A DNA stretch of 64,000 bases. Origin: Mobula hypostoma (Eukaryota). How positions within the stretch are numbered: the stretch's first letter is position 1; each line of letters opens with the position of its first letter. Location: positions 112,532,001 through 112,596,000 of the forward strand of contig NC_086107.1 in the NCBI RefSeq assembly GCF_963921235.1. The letters run 5' to 3'. Below, piece by piece: positions 12,920 through 23,399 of this stretch. The notes below the pieces were generated by a model. That model ran no database searches and had not been told where the DNA came from. It saw only the letters and a program-made list of their open reading frames with translations. Made by a program: the position numbers and the translations under genes.

Positions 12920-13853
12920 CTGCCCGGTTTATTTCGATGATCTCCTCTTGGGCTAGAGGGCAGGAGTCACCTTGGGCACTCCTCTGTGGGGACTTGATGT
13001 CAGGCTTACAATAGTTGGGAGAGCCCGGCTGGGGTGCCCGGGGAATGTGCTTGTTCTTCTTTTTTGGTAACTTTTGCTTGGCCATAGCCAAGGAATAGTA
13101 CATGCCAAAGTTATTGACTATGACGGGGACCGGCATAGCAATGGTCAGCACCCCGGCCAAGGCGCAGAGAGCTCCCACCAACATCCCGGACCAGGTTTCC
13201 GGATACATGTCCCCGTAACCCAGGGTTGTCATGGTTACCACAGCCCACCAGAAGCCGATGGGAATGTTCTTGAAGCTGGTGTGCTTGCTGCCCGTGATGT
13301 CTTCGGGGTCGGCCCCTATCCTCTCGGCGTAGTAGATCATGGTGGCGAAGATCAGGACCCCGAGGGCCAGGAAGATGATCAGCAGGAGGAACTCGTTTGT
13401 GCTGGCCCTCAGCGTGTGGCCCAGGACACGCAGCCCGATGAAGTGGCGGGTGAGCTTGAAGATACGCAGGATCCGGACAAAGCGCACCACGCGCAGGAAA
13501 CCCAAGACGTCCTTGGCAGCCTTGGAAGAGAGTCCACTCAGGCCGACCTCCAGGTAAAAGGGGAGGATGGCCACAAAGTCAATGATGTTCAGCGTGTTCT
13601 TGATGAACTCCTTCTTGTCGGGGCAGAACAGGATGCGCATCAGGAACTCAAAGGTGAACCAGACGACGCACATGCCCTCCACGTAGGTGAGGAATGCCTC
13701 CGTCTCAATCTCCACGTCCTCCACCACGCTGGTGACGTTGCCCCTGACGATCGTCTCCGTCCTGTTCACTTGGTGGTTGAAAGCTTCATGGGTCTCAAGG
13801 CAAAAGGTGGTGATGGATATCAAGATGAAGAAGAGAGATGCAAACGCCACGTA
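12920..13853 (-). CDS. KCNC3: Internal coding exon (exon 2 equivalent) of a voltage-gated potassium channel of the Kv3/Shaw subfamily, most likely Kv3.3; encodes S1-S6, pore and proximal C-terminus (311 codons + 1 nt)
   Basis: Translation runs YVAFASLFF to EEIIEINRA. It contains S4 [19 protein letters not shown], filter TTLGYGD, S6 PVPVIV, basic motif [11 protein letters not shown] and two S1-S2 N-glycosylation sequons (NRT, NVT). Acceptor TTTCTTCCCTGCAG|TAC at 13854/13853; donor GCAG|GTAAGT at 12920/12919. The Kv3 family call is near-certain. [32 protein letters not shown] and [11 protein letters not shown] match my recollection of Kv3.3 better than Kv3.1, so the paralog call is less certain. 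Confidence 0.85.
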
Positions 13854-13875
13854 CTGCAGGGAAGAAATAAAAGAG
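13854..13875 (-). promoter_or_regulatory. 3' splice acceptor and polypyrimidine tract of the Kv3 exon
   Basis: Minus strand reads CTCTTTTATTTCTTCCCTGCAG directly before the conserved YVAFAS start. Confidence 0.9.
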
Positions 13876-14330
13876 GGAGAGGCAAGTTAAGAAAATCAGA
13901 ACAAACACCACTAAGCACTGGCTAAGGCTCATCTTTCATACTGATATCTGGATCTAGGTCGTAGACATTGCATCCCTGGCCCCACGATGATCTCTCTCAG
14001 GTACATGGGGAGAAATATGTCCTCAGCCATATCTGCTCAGTGCACAATATAGCAACAACCATTCCAATCAAATTTACAAAGTAGTGGACAATATCTAAGC
14101 TACTCTATTGTGTGATCATACAGCAGAACGTAGAACAGTACAGTACAGGCCCTTCAGCACACAATGTTCTGCCAACCTTTTAACCTACTCTGACAAATCT
14201 GTCTTCCCTCCTACATAGACCCCCATTTTTCTGTCATCCATCTGCCTATGAACAATTTCTTGCCCCCCTTCCTCTATTCCCTGCTCTGACCTTTCACCTC
14301 TTCTCGCCTGCCAATTACTAGGTATATCTG

Positions 14331-14392
14331 TATATATATATATATATATATATAAAAGATGTGTGTATGTGTGTATATATATATATATATAA
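14331..14392. repeat. (TA)n/(TG)n microsatellite
   Basis: Seen directly. Confidence 0.9.
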
Positions 14393-14474
14393 TATATCTT
14401 ATTGCAATTTATATGTGTTTTATGCATTGTGCTGTACCGGTGATGCAGAACAACGGTACGTTGGTGATATTGTT

Positions 14475-15075
14475 ACTGAGATATATTCTGGAATGCGCTG
14501 AGACACATCATCTGTGATGTAACCTGGGCCATCGGGCGTTTTATCATCAGGCACCCTCACCCAGACGACCCAGCCAGGGTTATCAGGCCCCGGCTTGTGC
14601 CCCAGTGGCATTGGTCCACGGGTCACACCTCTTGACCCAGAGCCATCTGGAGGCTCGCCCACGTGCCACTGCGGCTCTTCCCTTTGCAGTGCCCCTGTAA
14701 TGCCAAGAAGAGAGCAGGTTCTGCAGAGCGGGCAGCCAGCAAAGCCTCTACACCCCACCTCACATCCTGCACTCCACCTAGTGCTGGCACTGCTCCACCA
14801 GCTCCTGGTGTTTGGCTTTCTTACGGTCAAACGCCTTCTCAGCCTGGTCTTCCCAAGGCACTGTCAGTTCTACCACGACCACCTGCTTCGAGGTTTCTGA
14901 CAGAGTGACCATGTCAAGCTCAGGGACGACGATGCGATGAAGACAGGGAACTTTAACTGCTTGCCCAGATCGACTTTCAGTTGCCAGTCAGACCCTGTGG
15001 CGGACAAGCCTGCTGGTGATCTGGGCAGAGGCTGTGGTTGGTCTCCAGCTTTGACGAAGGCGGTGGGCTTTCAGG
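14475..15075 (-). mobile_element. 3' remnant of a HERO-like (R2/NeSL group) non-LTR retrotransposon with a restriction-like endonuclease domain
   Basis: Manual minus-strand translation across a frameshift gives AFVKAG...DWQLKVDLGKQLKFP...KQVVVVELTVPWEDQAEKAFDRKKAKHQELVEQC...EVGCRGFAG (ELTVPWED at 14870-14847, EVGCRGF at 14761-14741). Confidence 0.75.
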
Positions 15076-15184
15076 GTTAGCGGAGGTACTTACCGTTGTA
15101 AATGGAACCTGATTCTGATTTTGATTTGGAAGTGTCACCACACATTCCAGCAACAAATAAACCAAGTTCCTAGGACTTCACACA

Positions 15185-15561
15185 CATGGATTACCTCAGC
15201 TGGTCCCTCAAAATCGCCTCCCTGAGCAAGAAGGCACAACAGCACCTCCACTTCCTGAGGAGACTGAGGCATGCGAGGCTCCCCTCCCCCCAACCTTAAC
15301 TGCATTGAGAGCATCCGAACAAGTTGCATCTCCATCTGCCATGGGAGCAGCCAAGCACTGGACCGGAAATCCCTACAAAGGACTGCGAGAATGGCTGAGA
15401 GGATCACAGGGGTCTCCCTAACGTACATCAGGAGCGCTGTGAGCACAGGGCCCTTAGTATTGTCAAGGATCCCAGCCATCCATCCAGCATCCTCTTTGAC
15501 TTTCTACCATCAGGCAGGAGACTCCGATGCACAAAGACAAGAACGGTCAGGATGGGAAACA
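15185..15561 (+). mobile_element. Rex1/Babar LINE 3' fragment; continues at 16902-17450 after a Penelope insertion
   Basis: CIESIRTSCISICHG...DRKSLQRTARMAERITG remnant; (CTTGA)n tail at about 17436-17450. Confidence 0.8.
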
Positions 15562-15618
15562 CACATCAAAGTTGCTGGTGAACGCAGCAGGCCAGGCAGC
15601 ACCTGTAGGAAGAGGTAC

Positions 15619-15654
15619 AGTCGACGTTTCGGGCCGAGACCCTTCGTCAGGACT
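15619..15654 (-). ncRNA. Minimal type I hammerhead ribozyme motif (Penelope pLTR), sense to the KCNC pre-mRNA
   Basis: Minus strand reads AGTC-CTGACGA-A-GGG-TCTCGG-CCC-GAAA-CG-TC-GACT: stem I AGTC/GACT, core CUGANGA and GAAA, palindromic ACGT stem III, GUC cleavage triplet. Confidence 0.75.
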
Positions 15655-16772
15655 AACTGAAAGAAGAGACAGTAAGAGATTTGAAGGTGGGAGGGGGAGG
15701 GGGAGATCCAAAATGATAGGAGAAGACAGGAGGGGGAGGAATGGAGCCAAGAGCTGGACAGGTGATTGGCAAAAGGGATATGAGAGGATCATGGGACAGG
15801 AGGCCCAAGGAGAAGGAAAAGGGGGAGGGGGAAAAACCCAGAGGATGGGCAAGTGGTATAGTGAGAGGGACAGAGGGAGAAAAAGGAGAGAGAGAGAAAG
15901 AATGTGTGTATATAAATAAATAACAGATGAGGTACGAGGGGGAGGTGGGGCATTAGTGGAAGTTAGAGAAGTCAATGTTCATGCCATCAGGTTGGAGGCT
16001 ACCCAGACGGAATATAAGGTGTTGTTCCTCCAACCTGAGTGTGGCTTCATCTTTACAGTAGAGGAGGCCATGGATAGTCATGTCAGAATGGGAATGGGAT
16101 GTGGAATTAAAATGTGTGGCCACTGGGAGATCCTGCTTTCTCTGGCGGACAGAGCGTAGGTGTTCAGCAAAACGATCTCCCAGTCTGTGTCGGGTGACCC
16201 TATCTCTTGCTCTCACAGCTGTCTGGACTATTCCTCTTCTCACCCTGTCTCTTGCAAAAATGCCATCCCCTTCTCGCAATTCCTCCGTCTCCGCCGCATT
16301 TGCTCTCAGGATGAGGCTTTTCATTCCAGGACGAGGGAGATGTCCTCTTTTTTTAAAGAAAGGGGCTCCCTGCCGCATCGCATTCAAAGTCACACTCAGG
16401 TTGGAGGAACAACACCTTATGTTCCGTCTGGATAGCCTCCAACCTGATGGCATGAACATTGACTTCTCTAACTTCTGCTGATGTCCCACCTCCTTCTCGT
16501 ACCCCATCCGTTATTTATTTATATACACACATTCTTTCTCTCACTCTCCTTTTTGTCCCTCTGACTATACCCCTCGCCCATCCTCCGGGTTTTCCCCCCC
16601 TCCCCCTTTTCCTTCTCCCTGGGTCTCCTGTCCCATGATCCTCTCATATCCATTTTGCCAATCACCTGTCCAGCTCTTGGCTCCATCCCTCCCCCTCCTG
16701 TCTTCTCCTATCATTTTGGATCTCCCCCTCCCCCTCCCACTTTCAAATCTCTTACTCACTCTTCCTTCAGTT

Positions 16773-16808
16773 AGTCCTGACGAAGGGTCTCGGCCTGAAA
16801 CGTCGACT
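16773..16808 (+). ncRNA. Minimal hammerhead ribozyme motif (Penelope pLTR)
   Basis: AGTC CTGACGA AGGGTCTCGGCCT GAAA CGTC GACT. Confidence 0.7.
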
Positions 16809-16901
16809 GTACCTCTTCCTAGAGATGCTGCCTGGCCTGCTACGTTCACCAGCAACTTTGATGTGTGTTGCTTGAATTTCCAGCATCTGCAGAATTCCTC
16901 G

Positions 16902-17744
16902 AGGATGGGAAACAGTTTCTTCCCTCAGGCCATTAGATTTATGAACTCCCTGCTGCATCGCATTCAAAGTATCACTGGTTAATCTGTTCTGTACCCAACA
17001 ATATTTATGCTCTTTAGTTTAGGTAACACACTCGAATGCCAGAGGAACTCAGCAGGTCAGGCAACATCTATGGAAAAGTGTAAACAGTCGACATTTTGGG
17101 CCGAAACCCTTCATCAGGACTCTCATCGCCCTTCATCAGGGTCTCGGCCCGAAACATCGACTGTTTACTCTTTTCCACAGACGCTGCCTGGCCTGCTGAG
17201 TTCCTCCAGCATTTTGTGTGTGTGTTGCTTTGGATTTCCAGCATCTGCAGATTTCCTCTTGTTTGTGATATACACTTTAGTTTACTTATGTGTAATCCAC
17301 CTGTAGATTTCATCCTTACTTTCATAAGTTATAATGTGTTGTGTGTGTTCTGTGTACTACTGTGCTTTACACCCTGGTTCAGAGAAATATTGTCTCGTTT
17401 GACAGAATACTTGTATACAGTTAAATGACAATAAACTTGACTTGACTTGATGTCCACAATGTTCATCGGAGCTACAGAAAGCACAACATGATGTCCTCTC
17501 TTGCCTAGAAAGATACTCCTCCGTATTTGCTCTGAACCAAACTAAACTGAACTAAACTATACTGTACTGAAATGTGCTTTTTGTGCTTTATATTCTGTTT
17601 TTAATCATTTTTTGTTGGCGTTTGCACAATATTTTTGCGATCGGTTGGGAAGCGGGGTTTGATGTTTGATGTTTTTCTTTGAGCAGGTTGGTTGCATGGT
17701 CTTCTGCGTTTTATGGCTGTCTGTGGGAAGACAAACCTCAGGGT
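16902..17744 (+). repeat. Copy 2 of the composite duplicated block
   Basis: Colinear with 8210-9005 plus 11771-11803. Confidence 0.9.
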
Positions 17745-17999
17745 TGTATACTGCGTTGACACTTTGATAATAAATGTACTTGGAACTTCGATCATTTTGA
17801 ACAACTATCAAATGCCCCCCTTGCTCGGTTTTTAAAATAACGCTTTTTGTGTTAGCTCAAAATTAAACGTGTAACACAAGCAGCTGCGTTGAAATGTCAC
17901 TTTCCTCTCATTAGTCGTTCACTGAGGCAAGAAACTGAATTTACAAAGCAAGTTGTGGCCCAGACACAGCCAGCGAAGTATTTATGTAATAATTTTTCC

Positions 18000-18430
18000 G
18001 GTAGTTTCTCCCTCTTCCCTTCCCTCTTCTTCCATTCCCCAGTCTGGCTTCCCTCTTACCTCTTCTCCTCACCCGCCTATCACCTCCCTCTGGTGCCCCT
18101 CCTCCTTCCCTTTCTCCTGTGGTCCACTCTCCTCTCCTATCAGATTCCTTCTTCTTCAGCCCTTCACCTCTTCCACCAATCACCTCCCACCTTCTTACTT
18201 CAACCTCCCTTCCCTCACCCATTTTGCTCCCCCCTTCACTTGGTCTCACCTATCACCTGCCAGCTTTTCATCCTTCCCCTCCCTCCGCTTTCTTGTTCTG
18301 GCTTCCTCCCCTTCCTTCCCCATCCCGAAGGAGGGTCTCGGCCCAAAATGTCGACTGTTCATTCCTCTCCATAGACGCTGCCTGACCTGCTGAGTTCCTC
18401 CAGCACTTTGTGTGTGTTGCTCTGGATTAC
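18000..18430 (+). mobile_element. Older Penelope 3' UTR/pLTR fragment
   Basis: Pyrimidine-rich UTR, degenerate hammerhead at about 18322-18357, GCTGCCTGACCTGCTGAGTTCCTCCAGCA end. Confidence 0.7.
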
Positions 18431-18677
18431 AGGCAGTGGTGCTGGGTTGATAATCCAGAGGTCTGGACTAATTATACAAAACTGCCAGGTCAAATCCCAC
18501 TTGGAGTTTCAGTAGAGCTAATTCTGTAAGCTTGAAATAATTATTCCAGTATTCCATATCTGGACTTCTAACTTTATTTTTATATAACTCTTTATACTGC
18601 TTAATTGTTGAATGTTGTTATCCTCTATTGTACATAGCACCAACGCACCACAGAAATTTCCTAGTACATGTAAACCC

Positions 18678-19205
18678 ACAATTAGTGGCTTATCTGCTCA
18701 TGAATGTAAATATCTAATCAGCCAATCCGCAACTCACTGCCTAAAAGCATGCAGACATAGTCAAGAGGTTCAGTTGTTGTTCAGACCAAACATCAGAATG
18801 GGGAAGAAATGTGATCCAAGTGACTTTGACCATGGAATGATTGTTGGTGCCAGACGGGGTGGTTTGAGTATCACAGAGACTGCTGATCACCTGGGGTGTT
18901 CACGCACAACAGTCTCTAGAGTTTACAGAGAATGGTATGAGTAACAGAAAACATCCAGTGAGGGGCAGTTCTGTGGGTGTTAATGAGAGAGATCAGAGGA
19001 GAATGGCCACACAGGTTCAAACAGGCAGAAAGGTGACAGTGACTCAAATAATCAGACGTTACAACAGTGGTGTGCAGAAGAGCATCTCTGTGTGTACAAG
19101 TCGAAGTTTGAGGTGGATGGTCTACAGCGGAAGAAGACCACAAACATACACTCAGTGGCCACTTCATTTGCTGCAGCGGGTACCTAACTAAGTGGTCACT
19201 GAGAG
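18678..19205 (+). mobile_element. Tc1-like internally deleted DNA transposon
   Basis: Transposase N-terminal remnant MGKKCDPSDFDHGMIVGARRGGLSITETADHLG; CACTCAGTGGCCACTT-type TIR sequence at the right end. Confidence 0.8.
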
Positions 19206-20519
19206 TATTTGGCGAATAAAATTGATCCTTGATCCTTCATTAGTATCAACAATGGTGATTACAGAACACATCAATCCCACTAATACCCTTATGCCAATTA
19301 CATATGTAATGCCCTGGTTAAGTTTTCTACTGCTATGCTGAAGATATTTCATTTTAGCAGTTTTGTGCAAAGTCTTGTGTCCTGCTGGTAGAATGTTTTG
19401 GTTTTGGCTGAAGGTAAGAAGCCTGTTGTTCAATTTAGGAATGTTGTGTCAGCCAATTAGCTGTGGAAAATGGAGAAAGTTCTAGAGAGAGCAGAGTGGA
19501 GAGAGCTTTCTGAAGGATAGGTTTGGGGTCTTCTGGCAGAAGCTGCAGAGCAGGACAGAAGAGAAGATGCCTTCATCAAGGGTTACGGGGAGAAGGCCGG
19601 GAGTTGAGGAGGAGATTTAAAAAAAGGATCAGCCATGACTGTATGGCCTAATTCTGCTCCTATGTCTTATGGTCTTATGATCTTATGCCACAGAATGCTG
19701 TTGGAAGTAGAGGCACCATTGCAAGAAGTTCTTTGTGCAGATGAATGGCTCCAAGGCGCAAGGACAATCGTCCTGAGAGAGAGAGCCAGTTTGCTCGAGA
19801 TGGTCTTCAAGGGGAGTTCGAAAATGTGGTGGGTGTTTTCACTGCACATTCATGTGACTATCTAAGAGCCTCTAAAATGCCTCTATCATATGTGCCTTCA
19901 CTGCCACTCCTGGCAACGCCTACCAGACATCCACCACTCTTCGAGTAAAAACCTTGCCCCGCACATCTCCTTTCGATCTTCACCCCTTTCACCTTAAATG
20001 CATGGCCTCTAGTATTAGGCAGTTCAACCCTAGGAAAAGGATACCGGCCAGCTGTCCTATCCTTGAACCTTTCAATAAGACCATTTTTCTGCCCGGCCTA
20101 TATGTGTCTAGACCAAGAGCAGTCATCTCTTAACTACCCCCAATGAAGTGCTTTGAGAGTTCAAAGCTGTCCTTACCACTGATGTCCATATCTCATGGAA
20201 AATCAATTTAAGAGGAGGGACCATACTCTTTCTAGGTCTGTGGACTTCTACGGTCACAGAGTTAACCAAACTACTGACAGTGCCAGAAGCCTGGGTTCAA
20301 TCCTGACCTCTGGTGCTGTCTATGTGGAGTTTGCACAATCGCCCTTTGGCTGAGTGAGTTTTTTCTGGGTGCTCCAGTTCTCTCCTACATCCCAAATACA
20401 GTCATAGATTAATAGAGTAATATAGCATTTAACCCAGCCTCTCGGACCAACAAGTTCATGCAGACCATGTCACTTTGAAACTTGTCCCATTTACCTGAGT
20501 TTGGTCCACATCCCTTTAC

Positions 20520-20598
20520 CGGGGGTTCCCAACCTTTTTATGCCATGGACCAATATCAGTAAACAAGGGGTCCATGGATACAAGGTTGGGAACCCCTG
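20520..20598. mobile_element. hAT-Charlie-like MITE of about 79 bp
   Basis: TIRs CGGGGGTTCCCAACC and GGTTGGGAACCCCTG; same family as 22409-22488. Confidence 0.7.
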
Positions 20599-20616
20599 CC
20601 ACTTCCTATCCATATG

Positions 20617-21165
20617 CACTCAGTGGCCACTTTATGAGGTACACCTGTACACTTACACATTACTGCAAATATCGAATCAGCCAATCATGTGGCAGCAACT
20701 CAATGCATAAAAGCACGCAGACATGGTCAAGAGGCTCAGTTGTTCTGACCAAACATCAGAACAGGGAAGAACTGTGATCCAAATGATGTTGACCGTGAAA
20801 TGATTGTTGGTGCCAGACGGGGTGGTCTGACAATCTCACAATCTGCTAATCTCCTGGGATTTTCACGCACAACAGTCTCTAGAGTTTACAGAGAATGGTG
20901 CAGAAAACAAAAACAAGATCCTCGGACTGGCAGTTCTGTGGGTGAAAATGCCTTGTTAATGAGGGAGGTCAGAGGAGAACATCCAGACTGGTTCAAACTG
21001 ACAGGAAGGTGACAGTAACTCAAATAACCACACGTTACAACAGTGGTGTGCAGAAGAGCATCTCTGAATGCACAATACGTTGAACCTTGAAGTGGATGGG
21101 CTACAGCAGCAGAAGACCGCAAACGTACACTCAGTGGCCACTTTATTATGTGCGGGAGGTACTCT
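20617..21165 (+). mobile_element. Tc1-like internally deleted DNA transposon
   Basis: Left TIR CACTCAGTGGCCACTTTATGAGGTAC; MIVGARRGGLTISQSANLLGFSRTTVSRVYREW HTH remnant. Confidence 0.85.
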
Positions 21166-22144
21166 AATGCTCCCCCCCCATCTATTAATGTTATCACCAT
21201 ACTGCTCTGCAAACTCTTTGAACTACTGTTTATAATTCTATTTACATTGTAAATACCTGATGGTGTTTATGTATTTATGCACATTGGCCAAGTGGTTAAG
21301 GTGTTCGTCTAGTGATCTGAAGGTCGCTAGTTCAAGCCTAGGAGAATGCTTTCTACGGTACATCTATAAAAATTAGTGAGGGCTTTAGGGGACGGGCCAA
21401 ATTTCTTTAGCTTTCTCAGGAAGTAAAGGCACTGGTGGGCCTTCTTGGCAGTGGACTCTGCTTGGTTGGACCAAGTCAGGTCACTTGTGATATTCTTTAA
21501 TCTTCATAATTTTTTAGAGTTATTTTTATATAAATCTTTATTCTTTATAATCGATGAATACTTTTTTTTCGGTTCCATGTCACACCAACACACCACAGCA
21601 AGTTCCTGATACATGTAAATGTATATGGCGAATAAAGTTGAGAGTAAGTGAGAGCTGATGGTTGGCATTGACCAGATGGGCTGAAGGGCCTATGACCATG
21701 CAGTATAACTCAATGACAAGACTGCGTGCTAGCACAGCTGTCTTTGAAGATCTGTAAAGTTGACATCAATACTTCATCAACAGAGATTGTTTTCGAGCTC
21801 CCACCTACATACACCCTGAAACACTGCAATGAGCCTTGTAATTTCTACACAAATAAAGTACAACTACAAGATTTATGACAGTACATCTGCAGCTCAACGC
21901 TGTCTTGGAAACTGCTGTTGCCTCTAGAAACAAGTAGGTATGCTCTGAGCAATCGTAATAATATCTCACCTCCTCGCCCTCTTTGGTAATATGACAACAT
22001 CGCGGCATTCCCCATAGGCTCATTAGCAAAAGTGTCAGAGGGAAAACAGATTCCAAAATTGCCGAGCTTAATACTTGAAGAATTCACCACTCACGATGTT
22101 TCTGCTGTAGCGAGGCAGCTCCAAATGATTCATTGTTAAACATG

Positions 22145-22792
22145 CACTCAGTGGCCACTTTATTAGGTACACCTATTTATGCATTGCAAATATCCAAACA
22201 GCCAATCAGGTGGCAGCAACTTGATGGATAAAAGCATGCAGACCCGGTCAAGAGGTTCAGTTGTTGTTCAGAACAAAGATCAGAATGGGGAAGAAATATG
22301 ATCTAAGTGATTTTGATCATGGAATGATAGTTGGTGCCAGATGGGGTGGGTTGAGTATATCAGTAACTGCTGATCTCCTGAGATTTTCACTCACAACAGT
22401 TTCTAGAGCAGGGATTCCCAATTCTTTTTATGCTATGGACCACTACCATTTAGCAAGGGATCTGTGGACCCTAGTTTGAGAACCTCTGCTCTCGAGTTTA
22501 CAGAGAATGGTGCGAAAAACTAATAAGCACCCAGTGAGCAACAGTTTTGTGGGTGAAAATGCCTTGTTAATGAAAGAGGTCAGTGGAGAACGGTCAGACT
22601 GGTTCAAGCTGACAGGAAGGTGACAGTAACTCAAATGACCAGAAATTAACAATGGTATGCAGAAGAGCATCTCTGAACACACAACACATCAAACCTTGAA
22701 ATGGATGGGCTACAGCAGCAGAAGACCATGAATGTACACTCAGAGGTTACTTTTTAGGTAGAAACGGTACTTAATAAAGTGGCCACTGTGCG
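22145..22792 (+). mobile_element. Tc1-like internally deleted DNA transposon with a nested hAT MITE
   Basis: Both TIRs present; MGKKYDLSDFDHGMIVGARWGGLSIS remnant. Confidence 0.85.
22409..22488. mobile_element. hAT-Charlie-like MITE nested in the Tc1 derivative
   Basis: 8-bp TSD TTCTAGAG/CTCTCGAG; empty sister copies read CTCTAGAG, matching the NTCTAGAN Charlie target preference; CAGGG...CTCTG ends. Confidence 0.75.
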
Positions 22793-22944
22793 TATTTTAA
22801 GATTATCGGCTTCCCTTGAAGCCTGTTCCCATGGTAACCCTTAATTGCAATGGAAAGAGAGACTGGGACCATTTTATCATGTGCTCAGACAATGTAGGCC
22901 GAAGGTCCTGTTCTTGTGCTATACTGTTCTATCCTCTCGGAGGA

Positions 22945-23260
22945 TCGTTCCTGAGACCCCGAGAGCGAAACCGTCTGGAGTTTAGCCATCTGGAGCTTAG
23001 CTCCTGGGAGGGTCACCCAAGGCGGTAAGGTCAAGGGCGAGGTTCCAGACAAACAGCGATCCGACCGAGAGCTCAACAGTGGGGCTGGCGGAAGATGATG
23101 ACACATCACAACGGCAGTGACGGCGGAGGAAGGGTGCAACAGTGAAAGGTCCCCAGTCATCTTGCGTTCCAAAACACTGGACCCTGACCCCGATCTGTCA
23201 AGGACCCTGTGGCGGCTGCCCGTGCATCAGCCTTCTCACGTTATACATTAAGGGAATCCA
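22945..23260 (+). mobile_element. Possible RTE-clade LINE 5' UTR fragment
   Basis: AGGGTCACCCAAGGCGGTAAGGTCAAGGGCGAGGTTCCAGACAAACAGCGATCC resembles RTE/Expander 5' regions, from memory only. Confidence 0.35.
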
Positions 23261-23399
23261 CCCCAGCATCACAGATTAAGCCCCGTGGTGATCAGCAAGT
23301 GGCGAAGGGGGCAGGATTATAAAGTCTGGCCCACACTGCACCAGATTACGTGGATCCCAGATCGGCCTCCACAGCTACCTGAGGACCCACCAGTAGGAG

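Larger units (their letters stand above)
15562..16901. mobile_element. Young Penelope-like insertion with inverted architecture: minus arm 15562 to about 16195, plus-strand RT C-terminal piece about 16200-16365, plus arm 16391-16901
   Basis: 13-bp TSD AGGATGGGAAACA (15549-15561, 16902-16914). GIY-YIG C-terminus RLGDRFAEHLRSV...VATHFNS...EEQHLIFRLGSLQPDGMNIDF. RT C-terminal piece SSHPVSCKNAIPFSQFLRLRRICS. Confidence 0.9.

Noticed and set aside
13144..13165. REST/RE1-like site GTCAGCACCCCGGCCAAGGCG
   Set aside because: The right half-site deviates from GGACAG, and the sequence is explained by coding constraint (ALAGVLT).
12801..13850. 349-aa ORF as a complete single-exon gene
   Set aside because: It starts at a GTG one codon inside a canonical acceptor and lacks the T1 domain, so it is an internal exon plus read-through.
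13074..13925. 283-aa plus-strand ORF
   Set aside because: Antisense shadow of the GC3-rich Kv3 exon; no recognisable protein.
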